A stretch of 44,269 bases of DNA from Bacteroidales bacterium (GCA_045639985.1 JAZUEE010000073.1:1-44269); one strand, 5' to 3'. Counted from the stretch's first letter, positions 7,109 to 15,023 are shown. The notes: generated from the letters alone by a model not told the origin. Program-made: numbers and translations.

Positions 7109-7534
7109 ATGAATAAATGCATTTTAAAAGGCAATGTTGGGCAAGACCCAAAGATTACCGATTTTGAGAATGGCGGCAAGGTCGCACAATTCACATTGGC
7201 CACAACTGAACGTGGATTCAAAACCCGGGATGGCCAAGATATTCCAGATGAAACATCATGGCACAACGTTGTTGTCCGCAAGTCTGGCTTGGCTAATCTT
7301 TGCGAACAATATGTGAAGAAGGGCACACCCCTGTTGATTGAGGGCAAAATAAAAACCCGTGAGTATCTTGACAACGAGGGCAAGAAAAGGTACATAACCG
7401 AAATCCATGTCAGTGAAATGGAGTTGTTGGGCGGTGGCAATAGACAATCAGGCGCACCGGTACCGACACCCGAAGCACCGTACAAGTCAGCAGAGGAAAG
7501 CGACCCAACGGCCAACTGGCCATCTGGAATGTAA
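7109..7534 (+). CDS. ssb: single-stranded DNA-binding protein (141 aa)
   Basis: Typical OB-fold SSB N-terminus (MNKCILKGNVGQDPKI...FTLATTE...TSWHNVVV...YVKKGTPLLIEGKIKTREY) with a Pro/Gly/Glu-rich flexible tail. Confidence 0.88.
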   Translation: MNKCILKGNVGQDPKITDFENGGKVAQFTLATTERGFKTRDGQDIPDETSWHNVVVRKSGLANLCEQYVKKGTPLLIEGKIKTREYLDNEGKKRYITEIHVSEMELLGGGNRQSGAPVPTPEAPYKSAEESDPTANWPSGM

Positions 7535-7545
7535 GTTGAACGAAT

Positions 7546-7561
7546 CCGGGGGCAACCCCGG
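7546..7561 (+). promoter_or_regulatory. Leader hairpin CCGGG-GGCAAC-CCCGG, 17 nt upstream of the ATG at 7579
   Basis: Same formula, followed by ATAAAACA. It lies in the short ssb-downstream spacer with no promoter match. Confidence 0.65.
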
Positions 7562-7578
7562 ATAAAACACATCAAGCA

Positions 7579-8091
7579 ATGCAGTTGAACACAAACGAAT
7601 ACAACCCGGAGTTGCACGACAAATACAGGGCGTTGACCGTTAAGCAACCATACGCGCAGCATCTTGTAACGGCGGCATACGTTGATGATGGCATTACCTA
7701 TGCCGAAAAGTCAATAGAGGTGCGAAGCCGTGCAACCTCATATCGTGGCGAATTGCTCATTTGCTCATCGGCCACGCCTGTAATGCCGGGGTTGCTATCT
7801 GGCGTTACCATGGGGTTCGTGGAGTTGTACGATGTAAAGCCGTTGGAACAATTCACGGAACAGGATTGGGCGAATACGTGCATACCTGTTGATGAACGCC
7901 CCAAAAAAGGCTTTGGATGGCTGATGCGCAACCCAAGGCGAGTTGTTGAAATGCCATGCAAAGGCCAATTGGGCATCTATTACTTTGTAACTCCAAAGGA
8001 TGACATTACCGAATACCCGACCATGTGCAAGGTTGACAAAGAAAGTTGGTTGCTGATTCAAAGAAAGATAAACAATGGGCATAACAAATAA
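7579..8091 (+). CDS. ASCH/PUA-like domain protein (170 aa), tentative
   Basis: N-terminal ALTVKQPYAQHLV...KSIEVRS resembles the ASCH beta-barrel start. Weak motif-level call. Confidence 0.45.
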   Translation: MQLNTNEYNPELHDKYRALTVKQPYAQHLVTAAYVDDGITYAEKSIEVRSRATSYRGELLICSSATPVMPGLLSGVTMGFVELYDVKPLEQFTEQDWANTCIPVDERPKKGFGWLMRNPRRVVEMPCKGQLGIYYFVTPKDDITEYPTMCKVDKESWLLIQRKINNGHNK

Positions 8092-8437
8092 ATACCGCAT
8101 CGTGGACAAGAGCCACCCGCGTTATGGCAAAAGGTTCAAGGGGATGCCAACCGCCGAGTTGGGCGTGATAGATGTTAAGACAAATGAATGTTTTGACATT
8201 TCCCAAGTGCAGATGATACCAGACCAACACGCCGGATATTTCGGTGCGTATTTCGGCCGACTTGGCTTGTTCCTGTTTGGCCGCGAATATATCAAGTATC
8301 ATTCGTTGCAGTTCGGTTTGGCCATAGATCATATCAAGCACGATGATATGTACTTGGATATTGAATTGAAAGTTGCCGTTGTCGGCATCGGAATAAGGTT
8401 TACGTGGCTATCAAAACGCAAATACTATGGGCAATAG
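8075..8437 (+). CDS. hypothetical protein (120 aa)
   Basis: ATG ORF overlapping its neighbours by 17 and 11 nt. Confidence 0.6.
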   Translation: MGITNKYRIVDKSHPRYGKRFKGMPTAELGVIDVKTNECFDISQVQMIPDQHAGYFGAYFGRLGLFLFGREYIKYHSLQFGLAIDHIKHDDMYLDIELKVAVVGIGIRFTWLSKRKYYGQ

Positions 8438-8996
8438 AATAACACCATTTGATTACGAAGCTTTGGTAATGCTTGAATCACTCACGGAACGCGGTGTTGT
8501 GCCAACTGAAATGGATGACAACTTTACATTCCACGTGTTTTATAACAAGCACAACGACCCAATGTATATAAGCGCAATAATTGATGCCATGCGTGGCCGA
8601 TATGGCGAACGGTTCATTGAGGTAAACGATTACCCGGATAGCAAAATGCTGAAATTCACGATTGCTTACGACAAACACGAATACCCAGAAGCAAACGGTT
8701 ATTTCCATGTGGATAAGGCACGCACCCAATGGGGCGATATATATTGCCGTCAGTTGGAAGAGGTAGCAGCCATACAAGTAAAGGAAGAGAATATGAGCAG
8801 ATTGCAAGACTTTGTTGGTGGCGGTCAGATGGTAGTTGACCGTTGGCCCGATGGAAGCAAAGCATGTTTCACGTTTCTTAACAACGGCGTGTTTGTGGAT
8901 GTACAGGATGGCGATTATATTGTACGTCATGACAAGTCAACAATCTTTGAGGTCTGGTCAAAATTAAGATTTGAAAAGGAATGGGAACGCAAATAA
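8427..8996 (+). CDS. hypothetical protein (189 aa)
   Basis: ATG ORF. No motif recognised. Confidence 0.7.
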   Translation: MGNRITPFDYEALVMLESLTERGVVPTEMDDNFTFHVFYNKHNDPMYISAIIDAMRGRYGERFIEVNDYPDSKMLKFTIAYDKHEYPEANGYFHVDKARTQWGDIYCRQLEEVAAIQVKEENMSRLQDFVGGGQMVVDRWPDGSKACFTFLNNGVFVDVQDGDYIVRHDKSTIFEVWSKLRFEKEWERK

Positions 8997-9325
8997 CACC
9001 AATCGCAATGGCTGAAACATATTGGGCGAACACTCATTTATCCATTGCCCGTTATTGTGGCGGTATAAAGTACAATAACCACGAATATGTGATTGTTAAC
9101 AAAGAAGGCAAGGATATTTTTGAATGCTCAAGGATTGCCGAAAAAGAAGGCCGAGAAAAGGCAATTGAACCCGGAGAACCGGCCGACCTCTGCCGAGTTG
9201 ACTTTGTGCCGATTTACCGCAAGTTGGGTCGTGAAAAGTTCCTGGCTTTCTGTAAGGCATTCCCAGATATGCAGACACCAAAAGAAGCAAGGCAAAATTT
9301 GAAACAATGGACATCAACCAATTAA
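8981..9325 (+). CDS. hypothetical protein (114 aa)
   Basis: ATG ORF. No motif recognised. Confidence 0.65.
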   Translation: MGTQITPIAMAETYWANTHLSIARYCGGIKYNNHEYVIVNKEGKDIFECSRIAEKEGREKAIEPGEPADLCRVDFVPIYRKLGREKFLAFCKAFPDMQTPKEARQNLKQWTSTN

Positions 9326-9498
9326 AATGCGGCACATGTGGCAATACTGAATTGGAAAGCCGTTTTGATGCCTTTGCATATTGCACGAAAAATGATATCT
9401 TTGTGTCCAGAGAACAGGGCGCATGCATATCGCATACCGCTTTGCAGAAGGAAAACAAAATAGGGTTTCGGCCCGAATATGTCAAGCAAGCAAAATAG
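9307..9498 (+). CDS. hypothetical protein (63 aa) with N-terminal CxxC
   Basis: ATG ORF, last gene before a strong terminator. Confidence 0.55.
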   Translation: MDINQLKCGTCGNTELESRFDAFAYCTKNDIFVSREQGACISHTALQKENKIGFRPEYVKQAK

Positions 9499-9504
9499 AG
9501 ATTT

Positions 9505-9547
9505 CCGGGGCGTTAAGCAAGCAGGCCGCCCCGGATTTGTCGTTTTT
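9505..9547 (+). terminator. Rho-independent terminator
   Basis: 8-bp stem CCGGGGCG (9505-9512) / CGCCCCGG (9527-9534), followed by ATTTGTCGTTTTT. Confidence 0.8.
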
Positions 9548-9588
9548 AGGTGGATAATGCAAAAAAGTGAATAATAAAAACAAAAAGT

Positions 9589-9619
9589 TTTGGTGTTTAA
9601 TAAAAGTTCACTATGTTTG
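9589..9619 (+). promoter_or_regulatory. Early-promoter repeat copy 2 (TTTG 9589-9592, 19-nt spacer, TATGTTTG 9612-9619)
   Basis: Aligns with copies 1, 3 and 4 across AAAAAGTTTTGGTRTTTAA and TTTGYATTCGGAAAT. Confidence 0.7.
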
Positions 9620-9644
9620 TATTCGGAAATGATAACCAAACGGA

Positions 9645-9660
9645 TGCGGCCGGTTCCGCA
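9645..9660 (+). promoter_or_regulatory. Leader hairpin variant TGCGG-CCGGTT-CCGCA, 18 nt upstream of the ATG at 9679
   Basis: Same position, 16-nt size and loop ending in TT as the other copies. The stem sequence differs but both arms change together, so pairing is kept. Confidence 0.6.
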
Positions 9661-9678
9661 ATTAACACAAACAAGATC

Positions 9679-9852
9679 ATGGCAACAAAAGATTTTAGAT
9701 TCAAAGTAACTTACTTGCACGAATACATGGCATTGGCATTTGTAAGGGTTGAGGATGATTTGATGATTTACGTTAACGAAAATGAAGATTTCGTAATGAT
9801 GTTTGCCAAAGGTTATTGCGCCGCCAAAGGAGAAGATTTCTTTGTAGAATAA
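9679..9852 (+). CDS. hypothetical acidic protein (57 aa)
   Basis: Start set at the ATG at 9679, because the track start 9613 lies inside the -7 promoter box. A GGGGCGG/CCGCCCC hairpin follows at 9858-9875. Confidence 0.55.
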   Translation: MATKDFRFKVTYLHEYMALAFVRVEDDLMIYVNENEDFVMMFAKGYCAAKGEDFFVE

Positions 9853-9857
9853 GAACA

Positions 9858-9875
9858 GGGGCGGTTACCCGCCCC
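9858..9875 (+). terminator. Hairpin GGGGCGG-TTAC-CCGCCCC (terminator-like, no U tract)
   Basis: 7-bp GC stem with the same stem sequence as the hairpin at 38069-38086, which closes the other single-gene early cassette. Confidence 0.5.
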
Positions 9876-9893
9876 ACCAAAATACAACAGGCA

Positions 9894-9909
9894 CCGGGGC
9901 CATTCCCGG
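9894..9909 (+). promoter_or_regulatory. Leader hairpin CCGGG-GCCATT-CCCGG, 21 nt upstream of the ATG at 9931
   Basis: Same formula, followed by AAACGATAAAACA. Confidence 0.65.
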
Positions 9910-9930
9910 AAACGATAAAACACAAACGAC

Positions 9931-10194
9931 ATGGAAATGACAATTACAAAAGCAATCAAGGTTGCAAAAATGTACACAAAGAGGGCATCCGAGATTAAGG
10001 ATTACAGGCTGAAAAAGGCCGATAAAGTCCGCAAGGCACAGGCCGTTGAATTGTCCAATGGTAAAGGTTACATTGTTGCGACCGCCGAGGAGCTGGGAAT
10101 GAAGAAAGACGGGCGCAAACATATATGGTGCTACTACAATGGTTGCCCGAATGTTTCCGGCAAGGTTAGCATTTCACTTGTAATGGTTCGTTAG
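9931..10194 (+). CDS. hypothetical protein (87 aa)
   Basis: ATG ORF behind a leader hairpin. Confidence 0.6.
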   Translation: MEMTITKAIKVAKMYTKRASEIKDYRLKKADKVRKAQAVELSNGKGYIVATAEELGMKKDGRKHIWCYYNGCPNVSGKVSISLVMVR

Positions 10195-10206
10195 AACGAA
10201 GGCGAT

Positions 10207-10464
10207 ATGGGATCATTTATAGCAAGACAACCAAACGGTTTATTGTGTAGGTTTAGCGAGGTTGTGGATACCGTTACCGACTACAACATGACCGAAGAAG
10301 AATACATTGAAATGTGCGCAGAAAAGGCAAGAGAGGAAGCGCGATGGATTATACAACACAGGTTAAGGCCGTATGATTGGGTAAAATCGCATTTCGCACC
10401 AATCAACATGACATTCCAAGAATTTGACACAATCTGTCAAGAAATGGAAAAACCGAACGAATAA
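10207..10464 (+). CDS. hypothetical protein (85 aa)
   Basis: ATG ORF followed by a terminator. Confidence 0.6.
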   Translation: MGSFIARQPNGLLCRFSEVVDTVTDYNMTEEEYIEMCAEKAREEARWIIQHRLRPYDWVKSHFAPINMTFQEFDTICQEMEKPNE

Positions 10465-10469
10465 CGAGA

Positions 10470-10493
10470 ACAGGCCAATGCGGCCTGTTTTTG
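10470..10493 (+). terminator. Rho-independent terminator
   Basis: Stem ACAGGCC/GGCCTGT with loop AATGC, followed by TTTTTG. Confidence 0.8.
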
Positions 10494-10520
10494 TCGTAAG
10501 AAATAAAATGCCTATATTTG
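10490..10520 (+). promoter_or_regulatory. Bacteroidota-type promoter (TTTG 10490-10493, 19-nt spacer, TATATTTG 10513-10520)
   Basis: Exact consensus match. The -33 element overlaps the terminator U tract. Confidence 0.65.
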
Positions 10521-10561
10521 TGCCACGCCCCTTGAAAAGTCAAAGGGAAAGGCATTAACAC

Positions 10562-10589
10562 CGGGGCAACAAGCGATACGCACGCCCCG
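10562..10589 (+). promoter_or_regulatory. Leader hairpin CGGGGC-N16-GCCCCG, 14 nt upstream of the ATG at 10604
   Basis: 6-bp stem followed by TAAAACA. A long-loop relative of the CCGGG-N6-CCCGG hairpins; the loop contains AAGCGATACG. Confidence 0.55.
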
Positions 10590-10603
10590 TAAAACAATTG
10601 GAT

Positions 10604-11821
10604 ATGTTACAAATTGAGTTACGGAAATTATCTTCTTTGAAACCGCACCCAGACAACCCGCGCAAATCAGTTCCGGGCGGCGTTGAAAAACTTGCGGAAT
10701 CAATCAAAGGCAATCCAAACTATTTCAATGCAAGGCCGATTGTGCTTTCCAATCGCACAGGCGAGTTTGTGATCATTGATGGCGAACGCAGAAGCGAAGC
10801 TGCATTGTATCTGGGCATGGAACAAGTGCCGACAATCCTCATGGAAGGATTGACATACGAAGATGAGTTGGAAATCCTTGTGAAAGGCAACACCCACACC
10901 GGCGTTTGGGATGAGGTAAAACTTGCCACCGATAAATGGAACGCGGCCAAACTCAAAGAATGGAACTGCGATGCCAAATGGAAAACCCCGGCCAAACCTG
11001 TTTCCGAAGATGATTTTGATGGCAACACGGAAAAGATAATCGTGCGCTGCAAGCCGGGCGATGTGTGGCAGCTTGGCAATCATCGTTTGATGTGCGGCGA
11101 TTCAGTCAAGTTGGAAGATGTGCAAAAGCTGATGGGGGGGGGTACAATAAAAGCTGACATGGTATTTACCGACCCGCCGTATGGCGTTTCTATTGGCGAT
11201 AAAAACAAAATGCTTAACTCCGTTCAGCGGTCGGGAAAGTGTGTTGAAAACATCGCAAATGACACCTTGACATCGGAAGAGTTATACCCTATTCTGGTAA
11301 ACGCCATGACCAATGCAAGGTTGAGTTGCAAGGATGATGCATCATATTTTGTTACTGCACCGCAAGGCGGCGAGTTGGGATTGATGATGATGATGATGAA
11401 GGATGCCGGATTGCCTGTACGCCACAATTTGATATGGCGCAAAAATAGTGCAACCTTCTCATTGGGCAGATTGGATTACGATTACCAACACGAACCGATA
11501 ATATACACGTGGACAAAATCGCACCACAATTACCGAGAAGGAAAGTATCGCACGACAATATGGGACTTTGACAAACCAAGGAAATGCGACTTACACCCGA
11601 CAATGAAACCCGTTGAATTGGTGGCCAATTGCTTGATGGATTGCACAAAAGAAAACGATGTTGTCCTTGATGTGTTCGGCGGCTCTGGTACAACAATGAT
11701 CGCCGCAGAGCAATTGAACCGAAAAGCATGTTTGATGGAGCTTGACCCACACTATTGCGATGTAATAATTGCACGATGGGAGAAATACACAGGCCAACAG
11801 GCTACAAGAATTGAAAATTAG
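10604..11821 (+). CDS. ParB-like nuclease domain fused to an N6/N4 DNA methyltransferase (405 aa)
   Basis: N-terminal ParB-type LKPHPDNPRK...IIDGERR. MTase motif IV is FTDPPYG and motif I is DVFGGSGTTMIAAEQL (beta-class order). The track start 10598 is TTG; the ATG is at 10604. Confidence 0.88.
   Translation: MLQIELRKLSSLKPHPDNPRKSVPGGVEKLAESIKGNPNYFNARPIVLSNRTGEFVIIDGERRSEAALYLGMEQVPTILMEGLTYEDELEILVKGNTHTGVWDEVKLATDKWNAAKLKEWNCDAKWKTPAKPVSEDDFDGNTEKIIVRCKPGDVWQLGNHRLMCGDSVKLEDVQKLMGGGTIKADMVFTDPPYGVSIGDKNKMLNSVQRSGKCVENIANDTLTSEELYPILVNAMTNARLSCKDDASYFVTAPQGGELGLMMMMMKDAGLPVRHNLIWRKNSATFSLGRLDYDYQHEPIIYTWTKSHHNYREGKYRTTIWDFDKPRKCDLHPTMKPVELVANCLMDCTKENDVVLDVFGGSGTTMIAAEQLNRKACLMELDPHYCDVIIARWEKYTGQQATRIEN
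11134..11142 (+). repeat. G9 homopolymer at the ParB/MTase domain junction
   Basis: Read directly as atg ggg ggg ggt. A change of one G in either direction meets a stop within 2-5 codons. Confidence 0.9.
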
Positions 11822-11825
11822 ACCC

Positions 11826-11900
11826 ATACAGGGCGCGTAAATGTTAAACAATAACAATGGTTGCAAGCAGGCAAAAAACGCACCGTGCGCCCTGTATTTT
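11826..11900 (+). terminator. Long-loop hairpin with U tract (ATACAGGGCGC 11826-11836 / GCGCCCTGTAT 11887-11897, then TTT)
   Basis: 11-bp perfect inverted repeat around a 50-nt loop, located between the methyltransferase and terS. Confidence 0.55.
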
Positions 11901-11915
11901 AACGAATAAGGCATT

Positions 11916-12419
11916 ATGGCAAACACAAAGTACAATGCGGAAATAGTAAAGGCGATTTGCGATGAATTGCGCAACGGCGAAAACATTGAACGTGTGTGTG
12001 TAAAGGTGGGGATAACCAAGACCACCTTTTTTGATTGGATCAAGCGCAAACCTAACTTTTCTAACGCCGTACAAAAGGCAAAGGATGAGTTCAGCAAAAC
12101 GATTGTGTCCAAGTTGGAAAAATCGTTGTGGGATGTTGCTATGGGATATTCTTACGAAGAAACAAAGACCGAGTACACAAGCGACAAGAACGGCAACCCA
12201 ATAATCAGCAAGCAGACAACCACCACGAAAAAGGTTGCGCCCAACGTGGCCGCATTGATATTTGCCTTAACGAACCGTGCGCCGGAAGAATGGAAGAATA
12301 GGCAGACAACCGAGGTAAACGCCAATGTCAAGGCCGAGAACGTGAACAAGCCAGATTTGTCGGCCATCCCGGATGAGTTGTTGGGACAGGTGTTGAACAA
12401 GATTAACGGCGGCGAGTAA
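11916..12419 (+). CDS. terS: terminase small subunit (167 aa)
   Basis: N-terminal HTH-type segment (YNAEIVKAICDELRNGENIERVCVKVGITKTTFFDWIKRKPNF) typical of small terminases. TAATG overlap with the large subunit gene. Confidence 0.7.
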   Translation: MANTKYNAEIVKAICDELRNGENIERVCVKVGITKTTFFDWIKRKPNFSNAVQKAKDEFSKTIVSKLEKSLWDVAMGYSYEETKTEYTSDKNGNPIISKQTTTTKKVAPNVAALIFALTNRAPEEWKNRQTTEVNANVKAENVNKPDLSAIPDELLGQVLNKINGGE

Positions 12420-13933
12420 TGGCAAATCTTTCTGCATTGGATTTCAAGATTGAAGGCGCACGCCGTAAATTGTTATGGTTCGCCCAATACATGAACCCAC
12501 GATTCAAGCCAACGCCGTTCCATACTGCGTATTACCGCGTGTTGGATATGTTCGCATCTGGGCAGATTCAAAACCTCATCATCCAGGCACCGCCGCAGCA
12601 TGGCAAATCGGAAGGATCAAGCCGTAATCTTCCGGCCAAGATGTTGGGAATGTTCCCGGACAAGAAAATAATCCTTTGTTCCTATGCTGCCACCATTGCC
12701 AAGGATTTCAACAGGGATGTGCAGAAGCTTATTGACACACCCGAATACAATGCCGTGTTCCCGGATACAACCTTGAATGGTTCAAACGTGGTAACGGTGG
12801 CCGCAAATAGTCTGCGAAATTCCGATGTGTTCCAGATCGTAGGCCACACGGGCGAATTTCGTGTTGTTGGCCGTGGTGGTGCGCTGACATCCAAAACGGC
12901 AGATGTCATGATATTTGATGACTTGTACAAGGATTCAAGCGAAGCAAACTCGCCGATTATCCGTGCCGGTGCATGGGATTGGTACACGAAGGTAGCACGA
13001 ACACGATTGCACAACGATTCGCAACAATTGATTGTGTTTACCCGTTGGCACCCGGAAGATATCATTGGCAAAATCATTGACAACGAACAAGTGATTGTTG
13101 TTGAGAAATGGGCAGATTTTGACAACATACCCAAGGGCGCATGGGTTCTGGTAAACTTTGAAGCAATCAAGACAAGCGACCCCACGGAAATTGACCCACG
13201 TGAAAAGGGTATTGCCCTGTGGAATGACCGCCATAGCATTGAACGATTGGAAGCGATGCGCAAGATTGACCCCGTAGGCTTTCAATGCTTGTACCAAGGT
13301 TCGCCCGGCGATGCGGCGGGCAGATTGTATCAGCCATTCAAGACGTGGGTTGATAAGGCCGATTGGGGAACATTGGTGCGCAAGGGTTGTTACATTGATG
13401 TGGCCGATGAAGGCAACGATTTCTTGGCTGGTGCGACATACGACATTTACAAGTCAACGGAACATGCGTGGAACGAACACAAGAAACGATTTGAGCCGAT
13501 TTTGTATGCGCTGATAACCGATGTCCAGTATACTGATGAGAACACCGATGTAACAACGATTACGGTGCCGCGCATGATAAACGAACAGGGTGCGGAAAAA
13601 GTATGGGTTGAGAGCAACAACGGCGGTTCGCAGTTTGAAAAGACAATCAAACGCAAGGTTCGTGCGATAACGGTGCCATTCTATCAGGGCGCAAACAAGG
13701 AAAGCCGAGTTGTTACCAATGCGCCATTTGTCAACCAATCAATCGTAATGCCGTTTGGATGGGAAACGAGATATCCAAAGTTCTACAAAGCAATTACCGA
13801 GTTTCTCCGTGCCTTTGGTGCAAACGAACACGATGATGCTGCCGATATGCTCACGGGCATCTACGAAAAGGAAATTGCAGACAACAACACAATGCCATAC
13901 GGCCACGCAAACAGGGGTGTGCGTGTTCATTAG
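12419..13933 (+). CDS. terL: terminase large subunit (504 aa)
   Basis: Walker A QAPPQHGKSEGSS, Walker B VMIFDDLYKD, C-terminal nuclease-type acidic motifs (HDDAADML). Confidence 0.88.
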   Translation: MANLSALDFKIEGARRKLLWFAQYMNPRFKPTPFHTAYYRVLDMFASGQIQNLIIQAPPQHGKSEGSSRNLPAKMLGMFPDKKIILCSYAATIAKDFNRDVQKLIDTPEYNAVFPDTTLNGSNVVTVAANSLRNSDVFQIVGHTGEFRVVGRGGALTSKTADVMIFDDLYKDSSEANSPIIRAGAWDWYTKVARTRLHNDSQQLIVFTRWHPEDIIGKIIDNEQVIVVEKWADFDNIPKGAWVLVNFEAIKTSDPTEIDPREKGIALWNDRHSIERLEAMRKIDPVGFQCLYQGSPGDAAGRLYQPFKTWVDKADWGTLVRKGCYIDVADEGNDFLAGATYDIYKSTEHAWNEHKKRFEPILYALITDVQYTDENTDVTTITVPRMINEQGAEKVWVESNNGGSQFEKTIKRKVRAITVPFYQGANKESRVVTNAPFVNQSIVMPFGWETRYPKFYKAITEFLRAFGANEHDDAADMLTGIYEKEIADNNTMPYGHANRGVRVH

Positions 13934-13937
13934 CAAG

Positions 13938-13970
13938 AACGGCCTATTTTCGGGCCGTTTCGTGCGTTTT
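13938..13970 (+). terminator. Rho-independent terminator
   Basis: Stem AACGGCC/GGCCGTT followed by a T-rich tail (TTCGTGCGTTTT). Confidence 0.7.
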
Positions 13971-13981
13971 ATGTGCGAGGT

Positions 13982-14041
13982 GGCACAATGTACCGCACGC
14001 GAGAAATAAACGCAAATACGCGCCATTTTAAGAAAAATAAC
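13982..14041 (+). promoter_or_regulatory. 60-nt conserved module copy A: palindromic box GGCACAATGTACC (13982-13994), 39 nt, then AAAATAAC
   Basis: Same 60-nt architecture at 23263, 34573 and 37642, with a shortened copy at 21074. TACATTTG (a -7-like box) follows at 14042-14049. Confidence 0.7.
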
Positions 14042-14113
14042 TACATTTGTAGTGAAAACGGCAAAGGGAAAGCCGGAACGAACTTTATTATTAACTTTCA
14101 AACGTTAAAAATC

Positions 14114-14782
14114 ATGTCTATTACTTGTCAATGTCCGGCCGCAACTGCAATCCCAGACCTTCCAAACGTTGCGTGCGCAGAATCATTCGGACAGATTCAA
14201 AAAATTGCGATTTGCCGCCTTCGTGGCGCAAATGGTGCGCTTAACTCTTTTGTGTCCGGCACACAGGGTGCGGGCGCAATTACAAAGCTTGCTTCATGGG
14301 AAACAAAGCTTGCTGCCGAGGATGGCTCAAAAATCATCGTGACCCCATTCATCAACGCACCAACTGATGGTGGCGGCGATGCTCGTTTGACAGGCGGCGG
14401 CAACGATGATCTGGGCGGTGTTCCCGATGTTCTGGGTTCAAATCCTGTTACATTCTCTGCCGTTCTGCGTGGCATCCCACAGAGTGTTGCAAAGGCTTTG
14501 AAGCAGCTTTCATGCGAGAGCAATGCCGGAAACCTTGGCGTGTTCCTCTTTGATGAGAACGGCAACATTGAGGCCATCAAGGATGAAACCACTGACACAA
14601 CCTTCTATCCAATCCCTGTACGCGCATTCTTTGTCGGCGATAAGGTTCACGGCAACTACGATGCGAAGGATAGCAACGCCATTTCATGGCAGTACATGTC
14701 CAACTATTCGGATAACCTTGCAATCGTTAAGCCGGAGTTCAACCCTCTTACCGCATTGGTAAACGGCGGTTCAGCTGCATAA
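14114..14782 (+). CDS. hypothetical, probably structural, protein (222 aa)
   Basis: Start set at the ATG at 14114 (MSITCQC...), because the track start 13973 runs through regulatory module A. It lies between terL and the portal. Gly/Asp-rich segment GGGDARLTGGGNDDLGG. Confidence 0.65.
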   Translation: MSITCQCPAATAIPDLPNVACAESFGQIQKIAICRLRGANGALNSFVSGTQGAGAITKLASWETKLAAEDGSKIIVTPFINAPTDGGGDARLTGGGNDDLGGVPDVLGSNPVTFSAVLRGIPQSVAKALKQLSCESNAGNLGVFLFDENGNIEAIKDETTDTTFYPIPVRAFFVGDKVHGNYDAKDSNAISWQYMSNYSDNLAIVKPEFNPLTALVNGGSAA

Positions 14783-14786
14783 CGTT

Positions 14787-15023
14787 ATGAGTGCAAAGAC
14801 CACAATGGTAACATTGATGGTTGGCGATGTTACCCAAGAGTTTGAATTTTCGCACGCCGAAAGGTTGTTAAGAATCACAAAGGCCGGGTGGCACATACCC
14901 GACAATTCAAAATACGAATTTGTAGACCATGCCATTAGAGTTAAACAGGATAAACAAGGTAATAACCGAGGGAAGAAATGCGCGGGCGTTGACAACGGCG
15001 AAACTGCATCAGCAAAGGATTAA
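14787..15023 (+). CDS. hypothetical protein (78 aa), overlaps the portal ORF by 95 nt
   Basis: ATG ORF 4 nt after the upstream stop. Its last 31 codons overlap 14929..16665 in another frame. Confidence 0.4.
   Translation: MSAKTTMVTLMVGDVTQEFEFSHAERLLRITKAGWHIPDNSKYEFVDHAIRVKQDKQGNNRGKKCAGVDNGETASAKD

Noticed and set aside
11384-11398. (ATG)5 trinucleotide repeat in the methyltransferase gene (LMMMMMK) as a phase-variation switch
   Set aside because: Unit changes stay in frame and only vary a Met run, so it cannot switch the gene on or off the way the G9 tract can.
13981-13997. TGGCACAATGTACCGCA read as a sigma-54 (-24/-12) promoter
   Set aside because: The TGGCAC half matches, but the -12 element should be TTGC with GC exactly 10 nt after GG. 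Here the corresponding bases are ACCG and the GC is one position out of register. The motif is also self-complementary, which fits a dimeric DNA-binding site better.
13973-14113. Upstream-extended starts offered by the ORF track (13973, 3573, 9613, 34956, 36560, 42814, 43910) and M-labelled TTG starts (3938, 10598, 19705, 39849)
   Set aside because: The extensions overlap the preceding gene or run through promoter and regulatory elements. In each case an in-frame ATG lies just after the upstream stop, matching the packing seen elsewhere. The four TTG positions each have an ATG within 2-4 codons.
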